NCBI RefSeq assembly: GCF_009914755.1
Contig: NC_060935.1
Source of the DNA: the human T2T-CHM13v2.0 reference genome, Homo sapiens
Reading direction: 5' to 3' (one strand)
DNA length: 64,000 bases
Part shown: piece by piece, positions 1-12,770 of the stretch
Layout of the letters: every line of letters begins with the position of its first letter
Numbering within the stretch: the stretch's first letter is position 1
The notes under the pieces: model-generated
Told to the model about the DNA's origin: nothing
What the model saw: only the letters and a program-made list of their open reading frames with translations
Database searches by the model: none
Translations under genes and position numbers: made by a program

Positions 1-3000
1 CATCATCTCTGCAGAGGATAAGGGGAAGTGCCATGTGTCTCTGCCAGCCGGCCCCCTGGTAGGTACCAGCACAGGCCTGTGTTTATACTGTGGCATGTGA
101 TGAGCCCTAAGGATGCAGGAAAACAAGGACCAGTGCTGGAGCTTTGACCTGAGCTGAGGGGACTTTTCCCAGTCTCCTCCCTGAGTTCCTGGAGTCTAAG
201 AGTTCCGACTGTCCTCAAGGGAACTCTGGGACTCTTTCCCACGGCCCCGGCCAGCAGACGCCAACTAGCCCAGCTCCTCCCTCTCTCTGTGTCCTTCTCC
301 CCAGGCCGGCCACACCCAGCTCTGTCAATGCCCAGCCCCGAGTCCTGGAGAGCAGAGGCCCCTGTCCCAGCGGCCCGCCCCACCCCTGCACTCTGGCCCC
401 TCTGGCGGGCAGGCACGGCTGGGCCTCGAGGCCTGGCTGGAGTCACAGGATGACTGGAGGGCCCGTTCCATCTATGCCTGCTCCCTCATCACACACAAAC
501 ATGCAAGGGAGAGTGGCAGGAGTCTGGGGTAGGGCCTTTTGAAAGACGCTCAGGTGCATTCCCTGGAGTGCTCATGAAGTCCTCAGCCTTCCAAGGCAGG
601 TGTTAGGAGACAGCTGAAGACATCGAGACTAAGTGGCATTCGGGGTTGCCAAGGTCACGGTTAGTGGCAGAGCCAGGATTCAAAGCCAGGTCTCCTGACT
701 CCAAGTGTAGTGTGTACCCCACCAGCTCACCCTTTCTCTCCAAGGCCTCAGAAGATGGGGCTGCTTTCCAGGCCTAGCTCTGTGGAAAAATCACAACCTC
801 TCTGGGTCTCTGTTCCCCCTCTTAAAGTGGGAACCACCACCACCCCAGCCCCTGAGGTGTGGGGAGACCATCAGATGAAACAAACTGTGGAGCCGGAACT
901 GTGTTACTGGAGAAAAGGCACTGTAGCGACAACCGTGTTCATGATTCGAGGCCCTGAAACAGGACTCTATGTCTCCTGCTGGGGTGAGGGCCCGCCTGAG
1001 GGTTTTGCCAGGAGGCCTGGGGGAGAATCTGCCCTTGTGGTCACTGAGGCAGGGAGGGGGTGTGGTGTGACCTAGCACTGGATGCTGACCTTTGGTCTGA
1101 CACCATTGGCATACACCCCACCTCCCCTGGAAGGTTGCCCGTTCTTGGCTCTGAGAGTCCCTAATGGGACAAATTCATTTAGTTACAATGTCATTTGTCA
1201 AGTGCGGACACCTAGTTCGTGAAAGGGGCCTGGCTTGGGAGTCAGGAGATCCAGGTACTAATACCATTGCTGCCAAGAGCCAGTGAACTGTGTGGCTTTC
1301 TCTTTCCAAGCCTCAGTTTCCTCATTTAAAACACAGGAAGGCTGCTCGGTTGATCCTTCCTTCAGGTTCCATCTGGCTTGGCCAGTCTGGGGGTCTCTGC
1401 TCTGCAGCCACCCTCCAACAGGCTGCCGGTGTGGAAGGCAACAAGCTCTCAGGCCTGGGGGTGGGACGGTGGGTGGGGAGTGTTCACTTCCACATTCCCA
1501 GGGTCCTGTAGCTCAGCGGAAATGAAACCTCTAGGATGTGATCGCAGCATGGCGGGATATGAAACAGAATGGATTTTGCAACCCTTCAAGGTGTTGTATG
1601 CAAGGCGTGGCTCTGTCAAGGGCCTCTTGCGCCTGTTGAGAGGTGCTTCTTAGAGTTGGTGACTCTCTGAAACCAGGGCTGGGCCCCTTTCTGGGATGGG
1701 GGGTATATGAGAAAAGGCATCAACTCTGCGAAACAAATCCAGGCTCTTGCCCAAGTCAAAGAGCAGCCCACAGTAGCACTGGAGCTTCTGTGGCTTGGGG
1801 TGGCTCCTGGGCTGAGACCTTGAACTTACACCCAGGAAGTGAGGCATCTGTTAGTAAGTGAGACTCCCAGCCGTGAGTCAGGTCTCTGCAGTGGGGCAGA
1901 TGTGGGGGTACGGGTGTGTGCTCAGGAGGGGAGGCTGGGGAGCAGGGTGCTTGCTCAGCTAAGCACTGATCCTGCTACTGCCAGCCATTCGCTGTGTGGC
2001 CTTGTAACGTATGTAACTGCTCTGTGCCTCAGCTGTGTCATCTGTGAAATGGGAACACCAATTATTGCTTGTTATAGCTCTTGGGATTATTGCTAGGGTC
2101 AAACCAAAGTGACCTCATGAGTATGAAAGAACTCGGAACCTTCCAGAGCTTTACTGAAGTTCTGTCTCTCAAAATAATGAGAGCTGACTTTTCTCTGAGC
2201 AGTGCTTGTCTCAGGCCATCCTCCCACCAACTCTGAATGAGGTGGGCACTGACTCTGTTTCACTGAAGTGACACAAACACAGAGAGGTAAAATGCCAAGG
2301 GGTGTCTGGGGCTCAGAACCCTAGGCAAGTGGACAAAATGCATTATGGGGGCCCTCTCAGCTTGCAGTCCCTAGAACGGGACCACAGACCCCCTTTGAGT
2401 GACACCTCTTCTGTCCTTCTCTGCTCTGGGGTTGGTATTGTGGGGAGAGGCCAGGGCTGGGATTCCAAAGCCCAAACCTGGCCTCTCCCAGACTCTTCCC
2501 TTCCTCCTGGCTCTAGGGGGCATCTGGAGAGGAGACAAACCTAGGGGAGATGTTAATTAGTTCTGACAAATTAATAAAGAAAGCCTAATTTATTCTCCAG
2601 ATCTCATTTCCTTCCCGGTGCTTTATTTTCCTGCCCAACAAGCTGCTGCTAGGGAAATGGAGGGGAAAGGTGGTGGGGGGTGGTCATTCTCAAGACAGGG
2701 GCAGCCCAAATCCACCTGCCTCCGCCTCACGGGCTCCCGCCCCGTCCCTGTCCCTCCACTGCTCCAGGAAGCCAGCCCCAGACATTAAGCTGTCAAACCA
2801 CTCCCAATTATCTCCCTCTATGCCCGCCGGCTCCAGGGGCGACAGTTGTAGCAAGCTGACGTTGACTCATTCTGTCACCGGCCTGCCCTGCTCTGGGAAA
2901 ATGCAATTTAATGAAGTCCGATGGCAGGGCTGGGGCAGACAGGGTCCCAGGAAGAGGGTGGCACCAGCCTGGGGACAGCTGACAGTGCCCTCTTCCTGTG

Positions 3001-3494
3001 GGACAGTGTTTTTGATCTGTGTGACGTGATCTCATCTCTAGACACTGGAGGGGTCATCCTGGACTTCCCCCTGCCCCACTCACCTCTCCAGCAGCTCTGA
3101 GCAACCAAGGCATTAACCTTTCCCACCAGGGCCTCCACCTCCCTCGGCTGCCTGTTTTAATAGCGTATGGTCATGACAGCTGGGAAATTCGTCCTGTGGT
3201 TTCATCTCAATCCCTTCTGCTGAAGAGCAAGTCCATTTCCCTAAGCCTTTTGATACAGAGCCTGGGAGTGGGTCAGCCACCGCCAGATGCCATCAAGGCG
3301 AGTCCAGGGCTGTGGCTGAGGCCATCTGTGTACTGCTAGGCTAACTCTGCTGCTGGGAAGAAGCAGATTGTTCCTTCTGCTTCTGGTTGGGCCTAGCCTG
3401 GCCCTTCCACTTGCCCCCCTCTAGTCCTACCTCACCAGGGGCATTTGCTGAAGATCCCCGTTCTCTCTAGTTATACAGCAGAGAAGCCTCTGAC

Positions 3495-3680
3495 TCCAGG
3501 CTCCTGGGTTCAAATCCCAGCTCTGCCACTTGCAAGCTCTGTGACTTTTCTTTCTCGTCTATAAAAATGGAGAGAGAATAATCACTCCCTCAAAGGCTGT
3601 AGGGAAGATTAAATAAAGCTCTATAAGCAAAGCCCTGAGAGCTGACCCTGGCATATGATGGCTCAGTAGATGGTAGCTTT
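3495..3680 (+). mobile_element. MIR
   Basis: CCTGGGTTCAAATCCCAGCTCTGCCACTT...CTATAAAAATGG...GAAGATTAAAT. Confidence 0.7.
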
Positions 3681-5095
3681 TGGCACTGTGGCCCCCACAC
3701 CTTTGGCAGATGCAGGGCCTTCCCAGGGTCTCTTCCTCTTTTTTTCCTCTTTCTCCATGGCCCATTCATTCTTCGTGCCTTGAGTAACATCTCTTACCCT
3801 GGGAGGCAGCCCTGTCCCCCAGTATGGGTTAAACCCCCCTTGCTCTATGTTCCCACCAGGCTCAGGCCTTTGCCACACTTAAAAAGCATATTCAGTGTCT
3901 GGCCCCCACCAGCCTGTGAGCTCCATGAGAACATGCATGGCACCTGTTTTGCTCAAAGCTGATGCCCAGCACTTCCCAGGGCCTGCACATGGGAGGTGAT
4001 CAACAATTAAGAGGTAACTGACACACGGCATGACCAGGAGACCAAGGTGCCTCAAAGCTTCCCCAGCTCCAGTGGGAGGGGTTGGGACCCACGTGGGTTT
4101 GAGAAATGCTCCTGGCAGAGGATCTGACCACGAGTTTCTTCTGCCTGGCCCCACTCTGTGTCCCACGTGCTGGAGGCCCAAGTAGTCAGGAAGGGCCTTC
4201 ATGCTGGCACCAACGGGACACATAAATGTCTTTCAGCAAGGGGCAGTCAGGCATCTCCAGAGCTCAGAGGCTGGCTGGCCCTCAGAAGTCACAATACCAC
4301 ACTGTCTTGTACCCTTCTTGGTGTTTGCCTTGGACTTGTCCAAGTGGTAGGATTATAGTAGCTGGTCCCACACAGATCCCCTGTGTACCCAGGATGGGCC
4401 AGGAGACTCCAAGAGCTCCCCAGGAGCAACAAGCCCAACCTACTTGCTGTACAGATAAGGAAATTGAGGCCAGGGAATGCCTGAGGTGACCCGACCCACA
4501 AGTGGCTGAGGCAGGACTCCCAACAACGAGGCTGACGCTCTTTCATGAAAGCACACCTGGCCCATGTTAGCAAAGAACCTCCTGTCTGCCTCGTACCCTG
4601 AATTTCCATCAACCTGGATTATTGGTAAAGTCCTCTGCCACCCACACTCTTCATGAGATCCCAAAAGGATTGATCATGGAAAATGCAAGGTAGCTTATTG
4701 CTAGAGTAATGAGATGCGTGGCTCAGCCTGTTCAGCCTGTCACCTCCACTGCATCCAGGATGCCGGGCTTGGAACTGGCACACAGGTGCTCAGGAATGGC
4801 GCTCACAGGGAGAGAGTGGCCTTTATCATGCCCATCCTTTCACACTCGGAGTACGCGTTAGTGTGCCTTTTTGCCACCTCTTCTCCAAGACAATGGTTCC
4901 TCCTGGCAAATCTCCCCAGCTTTACCCAGGAACACGGTTCTCCGGGCAAGAAGCTGCCTCAAAAGGCTCACCCAAGGTCACACAGCTGGGTGCACCCCTC
5001 ACGCCCCACCATCATTTTCCTGCACACGAACCTGCGGGCAGGGGCTGTCTGCTTCCTCCTTCTGGGTCTACATCCAGGACCACCCCAGTGTTTCC

Positions 5096-5388
5096 TTTTT
5101 TTTTTGTATCTGAGACGGAGTCTCACTCTGTCGCCCAGGCTGGAGGGCAGTGGTGCAATCTCGGCTCACTGCAACCTCCACCTCCCAGGCGGGCAATTCT
5201 CATGCCTCAGCCTCCCAAGTAGCTGGGATTATAGGCACCCACCATCACGCCCAGCTAATTTTTATATTTTTAGTAGAAATAGGGTTCATGTTGGCCAGGC
5301 TGGTCTAGAACTCCTGACCTCAAGTGATCCACCCGCCTCGGCCTCTCAAAGTGCTGGGATTACAGGTATGAGCCACTGCACGCAGTCC
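5096..5388 (-). mobile_element. Alu (AluS-type)
   Basis: Poly-T followed by GAGACGGAGTCTCACTCTGTCGCCCAGGCTGG...GAGCCACTGCAC; imperfect TSD ACCCC(A/C)GTGTTTC on both sides. Confidence 0.95.
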
Positions 5389-6119
5389 ACCCCCGTGTTT
5401 CTTGAAATGGAGAGCCCAGAGCTGGAGGGAAGGGCTTCCCAGAAAGAGGCTGTGGATTTCAGCCCCTTGCCTGAGGGTAGGAAGAGGTCCACTGGGTGCT
5501 CCCAGCTTCTACCGCCCCATCTGTAACTTGGTTTTCTAAGTGTTGGCAGGGCTCAGAATGAGTCTCCCTCTCCTCCGTGGGGTATGAAGCAGGCCTTGGT
5601 GGAGGTGAGAATGCCCCACTCCACCCCGGGAGGCTCTCTCCGGGCAGGTGAGCAGATGCAGAAAAAGGGCTGAGAGCTCAGCCATGACTGCGCACGCCAG
5701 GGAGGGGGGACCAGGTGTCCTGGGACCTTGGGCAGCAAGGGGACAGCTCTAGCTAAGATCTGGTTTGAGTCCTGGCCCTGCCACTTACATGTGGTGTTAT
5801 TTTCAAGTAAATTAGTCATTAACCTCTGAACTTTCTTTTCTTAAATGTAAACCAGGGTGATAGTCCTGACCTCAGAGAGTGCTAGGAAGATAAGGTGAGA
5901 GAACTGTGTAGATGCCATAAAGCTCTGCAGGATGATAAGGCTCTACGGGAGGCCAGCCCACATCACAGGCCAGGGTGGAACCATAAGGGAGATGCAGTGT
6001 GTGCTGGCCAGGCAGGGCTCGAGATTAGGCCTTCATGAGCAGGAATTTCAGGGAGACTTCATGTGATTGCATGCAGAAACAGGGTGTGCAGGCAGAGGAG
6101 GCAGCAGCTGTCCATTAGG

Positions 6120-6660
6120 GTATTCATTTATTAAAATATTCCTGCTGTCATTCAGTACCTATTAGGTCCCAGGCATACAGCACTGGACAAAGCAGAAAAC
6201 ATTCTCTGTCTTCATGGAACTTATGTTCTAGCAATGGCAACCAGACAAGAAAGAAGATAAAATGTGTGTAGGATTAATTAATTTTAGATCAAAGATGCCC
6301 AGAGAAGATCTCACTGAGAAAGGAGACATTTGAGCAAAGAAAAAAACAAGGTGAGCAAGCCAACCATGTGGCCACCTGGGAGGAGATATTCCAGGCAGAG
6401 GCAGCAGACAGCAGGTGCAAAGGCCCCGTGGCGGGAGAGCGTCTGGTAACTGTGGCCGGTGTAGCTAGACGGAGGAGACTGATGCAGGGGCCAGGCCTCT
6501 CCCCTGAGCTGGACCATGCTGTTGGAGGCCACGAGCAGAGGGATGAGATCTGTGACCCGGCTTTGTTTCAACAAGACCACTGACAACTGCTGAGAATGAA
6601 CAGGAGGGAGCGCAGGCCGGGAGACTGGTGGAGGCGACTGCAATCATCTGGGGCATCTTG
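6120..6660 (-). mobile_element. L2 fragment
   Basis: TTCATTTATT...CCAGGCA...CTTCATGGAACTTATGTTCTAG...TCACTGAGAAAGGAGACATTTGAGCA...TTCCAGGCAGAGG. Confidence 0.65.
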
Positions 6661-8561
6661 GCGGCCCCTGCAGAGCTGGGGAGGGAGCCCCAAGGCCAGA
6701 GGCGGGGCAGGGGCTGCATCAAGGTCTACGGAGCCCTCCTCTCCCACCCCTCCAGGTGAGACAGCTGGCAGCCCACTCCTTCTCCCTGCAGACAAGCTGT
6801 CTTCCCATCCTGGGCCTGAGAGGGAGGCGGGGAGGGGCGGGGCAGGGGTGAAGAAGAAGCCCTGCACAAAACAATGGCCTTGAGCCAAGACAAGAGAGAT
6901 GCTTGTTCCCCTTTATTTATGATTGTTATTGGGAGAAATAAAGCCCTCAGCTGCAGCCTCCCCTCGGCCGCCAGCCAGGCCCTCGCTCCTCTCTTCTTCC
7001 ACCTTCCCCTTCCGTCCCCACCTCTTCCCTGGGCACAGGCTTTCCTCTGACACACAGAGATCAAATAACTTCTCACTCAAAGGGAAAGATATGATCTCCT
7101 TTTACTATTCAGCACCAACACCAGCGGACCGACAGCCCAAGATTAAAGGCAATTAGACAGGTTTGTTTTTGTAGGGGCAGAAGGTCTGTTTGGCACCCTC
7201 CTTGGGAACTGGATCCCACAGTGGGGAGGGCCAGTGGCTCCTGTGACTCCCAGTGGAGAAAGCTTTGGGCCCACCCCAACTCACCCCCCAGCGCCAGGAA
7301 GGACCCATTTTCCTTTGCTCTGAGAACTGCTGGTTGCCTAGGAAGAGGGAGGGACCTTCTAGCCAGGCACCACTGTATCTTCTCTCTGCACGCATTGCAC
7401 CCTTGGAGTAAGGGTGGAAGCTAAATTTGTGTTTCCCCCTAGAAAATATAGTATTGATTGCTTTCAAGTCGATTTCAAATAAACAGCATGATATTGCCCC
7501 CACCAGGGCTTCTAATCGCTTGGAAATGTCATCAAAGACAACAGCACAAAAGAGGGCAGGGGCCTTGGTGATTCCTTCAAACTGGAGACCCTGGGCCTCT
7601 GCTTCCTTCCTTGTCACCTTGTCCTAACAGCACACAGGAGAATAAATGCTGGAACAGCCTTTTCGGAGCATTTGTATATACTCTTATTTAATCCTCGTGA
7701 ACTCCCTCTGGGTTTATATCATTATCCCACTTTTGTCCTCAGTGGGTCAGTATTCACGGAAGAAACTGAGGACCAGAGTGTTGGTGTAGGGCGTCCAAGG
7801 GCACAAAGCTAGTATGTGGCAGGGAACCCAAATCTGCCCCTGTCCCTCAATTCTCCCTCCCCCTGGAGCTGGGTGAGGAAGGAGAGGGGTTAGAATCTAT
7901 CATTTGCCTTCTGGTAGCTTCCATCTGGCAAGGGAAGTAGGCCCACTACTGCCCCTGCTGGCTTGGGTGGACAGGGAAAGGCCGTTTCATCCTTAAGTGA
8001 CCCTTGAAGGACAGGGAGGTTTTCATCAGACACAGGTGTAAGGGCCACCACCCTCGCCTTGTCCTAAAGCTCTCTGTGTGACCAGGCTGCTGCTCACTCC
8101 ACCAGCCCAACCTCACCACTGACCTCTCTCCCCACCCCACACTGGGCTCCACTCCTGGGTCTTTTAGGCACTGGCTCTCACTTGCCTTGGGGCCTTTGCA
8201 CAAGCGGTTCTGTCTGCTGGGATCACCCTACCCTGTACCCACCACTCCCCTTTTCTTGCTAAAGGTCACCTCCACCTTCTCTTTTATGGCCGTTCCCCAT
8301 TCCCCTCCCATCCCTGCCAAACCTTCCACCCCATCTCTCATGCTAGTGACCACCATGACACTCCACAAGGCTGTCGAACAGGGTAAACAACACCTCCCCA
8401 CCGTCTCCCCACTCCAACTGCCCATGTAGGCAGTTCCTAGGTCCAGTCATACCCCACCTTGTCCCTGCTATGCCAAGTTGCAGAATCCTCTCCTTCCTCC
8501 AGGTTCCTCTATAGGGTTGCCTCTCTCAGACTAATGTACTGTCTCTGGTTCTTCCCCTTGC

Positions 8562-8621
8562 TTTTATTTTTTTGGATTTTTAATTGATATATCATAGTTG
8601 TACATATTTTGGGGGTACATG
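8562..8621 (-). mobile_element. Short L1MA-like 3' end
   Basis: TTTTAATTGA...TTGTACATATTTTGGGGGTACATG. Confidence 0.55.
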
Positions 8622-8719
8622 AGCTTCCAGCCCTGATTTGATAATTATACATTGTAGGCAGGTATCAAAATATCAAATCAGGGCTGGGCTATCCATCACC
8701 TCGACACTCTTCTACCCCT

Positions 8720-9361
8720 GCTTTAATTCACAAAGCATTACTACACCTATACAATGTGTCAAGCATGGTGCTGGCACCTTTTGGGTGAAAGTGACAGTGG
8801 TAGTGGCAAGAGGAAGGAGCGTGGAGGAATAAGAAAGACTAAGACATTTTCTTTTACCTTAAAAGCTCTGTCTAGCAGGGGCCCCAGACATGAAAACAAA
8901 TAATGACTGAGTGATAAACGCAGTTTTTGTTTGTTTCTGAAAAATACAAACCCAAAGCAATGAGAGCTCAGAAGGGGGAGTGATTCTGTCTGAAGGTGAC
9001 GGAGGCGCCACAGAAGATGTGAGATTTTTTAGCTGGGTCCTGCAGGATAAGCAGGAGTCCTTGAGACAGACAGAGATAGAGACAGAGACAGAGACAGACA
9101 GAGAGAGGGAAGGGAACAGGAGGGGAAGAGGAAAAGAGGAAAGAGTGTCTTTAAAAGCTTGGATGTGGCGAAAGCACTGGATATGTGGGGCAGAGGAGAG
9201 GGGAATACAGGGTGAATGGAAAGCAAGGTAGGAGCCAGTTGTAAAAGGGCTTTGTATTAGATGAGGGTCTGAACTTCACCTTGTAGGCAACTGGGAGCCA
9301 CTGACGCCTTTTAAGCAAAGTGGTGACATGGTCACATCTGTGCTTTGGAAAGAGGCACATG
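8720..9361 (-). mobile_element. L2 fragment (continues after the L1 insertion)
   Basis: Degenerate L2 motifs such as GTAGGCAACTGGGAGCCACTG..TTTTAAGCA. Confidence 0.55.
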
Positions 9362-9665
9362 GAATGCTAAGTAGAAGATGTCAGTCACAAAAGGCCACAT
9401 ACTGTATGATTCCATTTATATGAAATGTCCAGGATAGGCAGATCCATAGACACAGAAAGTAGATGAGTGGTTGTCAGGGGCCGGGGGAGGGAAAATGGGG
9501 AGTGACTGCTAATGAATACCGAGGTTCTTTCCGAGGTGATGAAAATGCTGTGGATTAGGCAGTGGTGACGGCCTATTGTGAATATACTAAAGCCACTGAC
9601 TCGTATACTTCAGGAGGGCGAATTTTGTGGTTTGCGAATTATATCTCAACAAAGACAAAAGAAGA
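9362..9665 (+). mobile_element. L1M (L1MB-like) 3' end fragment inserted in an L2
   Basis: CAGTCACAAAAGGCCACATACTGTATGATTCCATTTATATGAAATGTCC... with 13-bp TSD AAAGAGGCACATG at 9349-9361 and 9666-9678. Confidence 0.85.
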
Positions 9666-11219
9666 AAAGAGGCACATGAAGAAGGATGGATGATGGCAGG
9701 GCTAGGCTGGAGACAAGCAGGCTACCAGAAGACCTCTGCAAGCCTGCAGCACCCCCAAGCGTGGGGGCCCTGGGGTCCCACGGCTCAGCGCAGCTGCTAA
9801 GAGCACCGGTCTTCTGAAGTCCAAGACTCAGCTTCCCTCCTCAGGACTGCCCAGGACTGATTCTGCCCAGGACTGATTTTGCTGGGGGAGGGGGCACCGG
9901 AGAGATCCTGAGACACTCTACCCCCCACGCCCGCCCACATAGCCAACATATCGCACATATCCTGCATGAGATGCCTGGGACCAGAGCGACAGACGGTCAC
10001 CTGACAAGCCACACCACCTATTTTTGAAGACAGGCGGGTCCCTTGGTAATAGAACAGGCACGAAGAGGCTTTGCCATAGATGGGGAAATTAGGGCAGAAA
10101 ATAACACCGTGAAAACAGAACTGTCTGTTCAGAAATAAGAGACCCCCTCACTCATATCCCCAGTGTACCAGGGCCTGTCTCAGCCCCTGAGAATCTGGGA
10201 TCACCAGCTCCACATCCGGGCCCAGGGCGCCTCTGTCTGCCACGCACTTGCCTGGGCCACTCTGCTACCTGGGGCCGGGGGAGAGCCTGCAGGGGCAGGG
10301 GCGCAGAGGAAGCCGAGACTACCCTCTAAAGAGTCCTTTCTGTGGGGCCCTGAGCGTCTGTAACCAGGCTGTGAGGAAGCACTCACTTCCAGGGGTGGAG
10401 GTTCAGGGGTTGGGGAAGGGAAGGGCTAGCTCCCTAGTCTGTAAGGGCAGAAGGTGCTCTTGAATGGAAGCAGGGAGGGAGGGGAGCCCCGTGTGGGAAG
10501 CCTGAAAGGAGCCTGGGAAAGACTGGGGCTGGGGGCTGGGGGCTGGGAGAGGAGAGTGATGCTCGGGGACTCCCCAACTCTCAGGCAGGGAACAGCTTTA
10601 TTTTAACTCCGGGTTTGTGGAGAGAGGGCAGGGCGAGGCGGAGCGGGTTTGAGGGGGAGGACCTAGCTGGTTTTTCCCAGCATCCCCCAGGCCACTTCTC
10701 TCACCACAAACCTCAGTCTCAAGCCACTTGGTTGTCATGGAAACAGGCCGGAATAGAACAGATGGTCTCCACTAGCCAAATTCCAATTAAACAGGGCAGA
10801 GATGGATAGGGAAGGGAGTGTGATGTGACGAGGCCGCAGAGAGCTCAGCCCCCAGGATGGACGGGAAACCCTGGGTCACCGTTCTTGGAGGGGGACATCA
10901 GGTGGGTAGAGAAAGCTGCCTGGGGGAAGTCACCACCCAGTCACCCCTTCAGTCCTCAAAGGTGGGGGCGTGGTGCTGAGGGAATGTCAGCTTGGGGAGG
11001 GGCAGCCACAGCTTTCCATTTACAGAAGCGCTGAAACAGAGCCACATGCACGCACACACGCGCACCCAAGCACACATGTGCAGCTGAACGCTGCGGTATG
11101 CACACAGGTCGACATGCTCAGGAACACGCGGGAGCAGTGCGGGAAGGTCAGGCAGAGTCATTGCACAGACACATTCCTCTAACACCGTACAAAGAAAATG
11201 CTTTGGAAAACCAAGCAAG

Positions 11220-11640
11220 CAATTTATTCTCATTTATTTAATAAACAAGTATTAAGAACCTACCAAGTGCCTGCCAGTAGGGCTATAAACACACACACAC
11301 ACACACCCTGCATGCGTGTGTATGCATGTGAAGGATATCAAGGACACAGGATAAATTCACTGACATGATCACTGCTACGGTAGGACTGTTCACAAAGTGC
11401 CATGATGATACAGGAAGAAATGATGAATGTGGGGAGGAGAATTAGAGAAACAAGAGGTGTCCCACAGGAGGTAAAATTTCACTGGGCTTTGAAGGATGAG
11501 TAGGAGTTTGCCAGCTGGTGAAGTAGGGTCCTCCAGGCAGAGGAGACAGGAACAGCAAAGGCATGGTGGACTGAAAGGTCAGAGCTTATGGGATAAGCCC
11601 AGTGTGAGAGGAGTTTGAAGTGTAGAGGAGTTCATGGGAG
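11220..11640 (-). mobile_element. L2 fragment with a (CA)n insertion at about 11288-11306
   Basis: CATTTATTTAATAAACAAGTATTAAG...GGCTTTGAAGGATGAGTAGGAGTTTGCCAG...CCAGGCAGAGG. Confidence 0.6.
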
Positions 11641-11695
11641 AGAAGACCCCATACAAGTCCTGGTGTGGAGAGTATAATTTCTGACTCAAACACTA

Positions 11696-12286
<591 letters not shown>

Positions 12287-12692
12287 TCACAGCTTATCAG
12301 GGTTGTGAAGCCAGCCAGCTCCCATCGGTTTACTGTACATTTATGGGACACCTACTGTGTGCAAGGTGCTGAGCTAGGGCCTGCAGAGATTTTAAGGCTG
12401 GGTCCTATCCTTCAAAGAGCTCAGGTGCTGGGTGAGGGGAGGAGAGAAAGTAAATACTAAACAACACAGAAGGGGAAGGGGGGCTGGTGTCTGGGAGCCT
12501 CGCATTTCACAGGTGGGTGTGTTGGGGCTCAGCCATCATCAGGAGCCAAGGCCGAGGAGTGCACTGGAGAAGCCAGGAGCAGTTTATTTTGACTGGAACC
12601 TAAAATAGGTCCGTGTAAAGTTGTGGGAGTGTAGAGCAGTCAGTGGAAAAGCAGTTTTGGAAAAAGAGGCTGGTTGCAGTGAAGGCCTAGAC

Positions 12693-12770
12693 CAGTGTTT
12701 TCTCAACTGGGGTGCTCTTGTCCTCCAGGGAATATTCGGCAATGTCTGAGGACACTTTTTATTGTCACCC
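12693..12770. mobile_element. MER20 fragment
   Basis: CAGTGTTTTCTCAACTGGGG...GGCAATGTCTG...TTGTCAC. Confidence 0.65.

Noticed and set aside
4714-5526. 270-aa ORF (and similar ORFs at 11693, 31865, 47515, 58798, 62382)
   Set aside because: They contain typical Alu-derived peptides ([24 protein letters not shown]) and are not genes.
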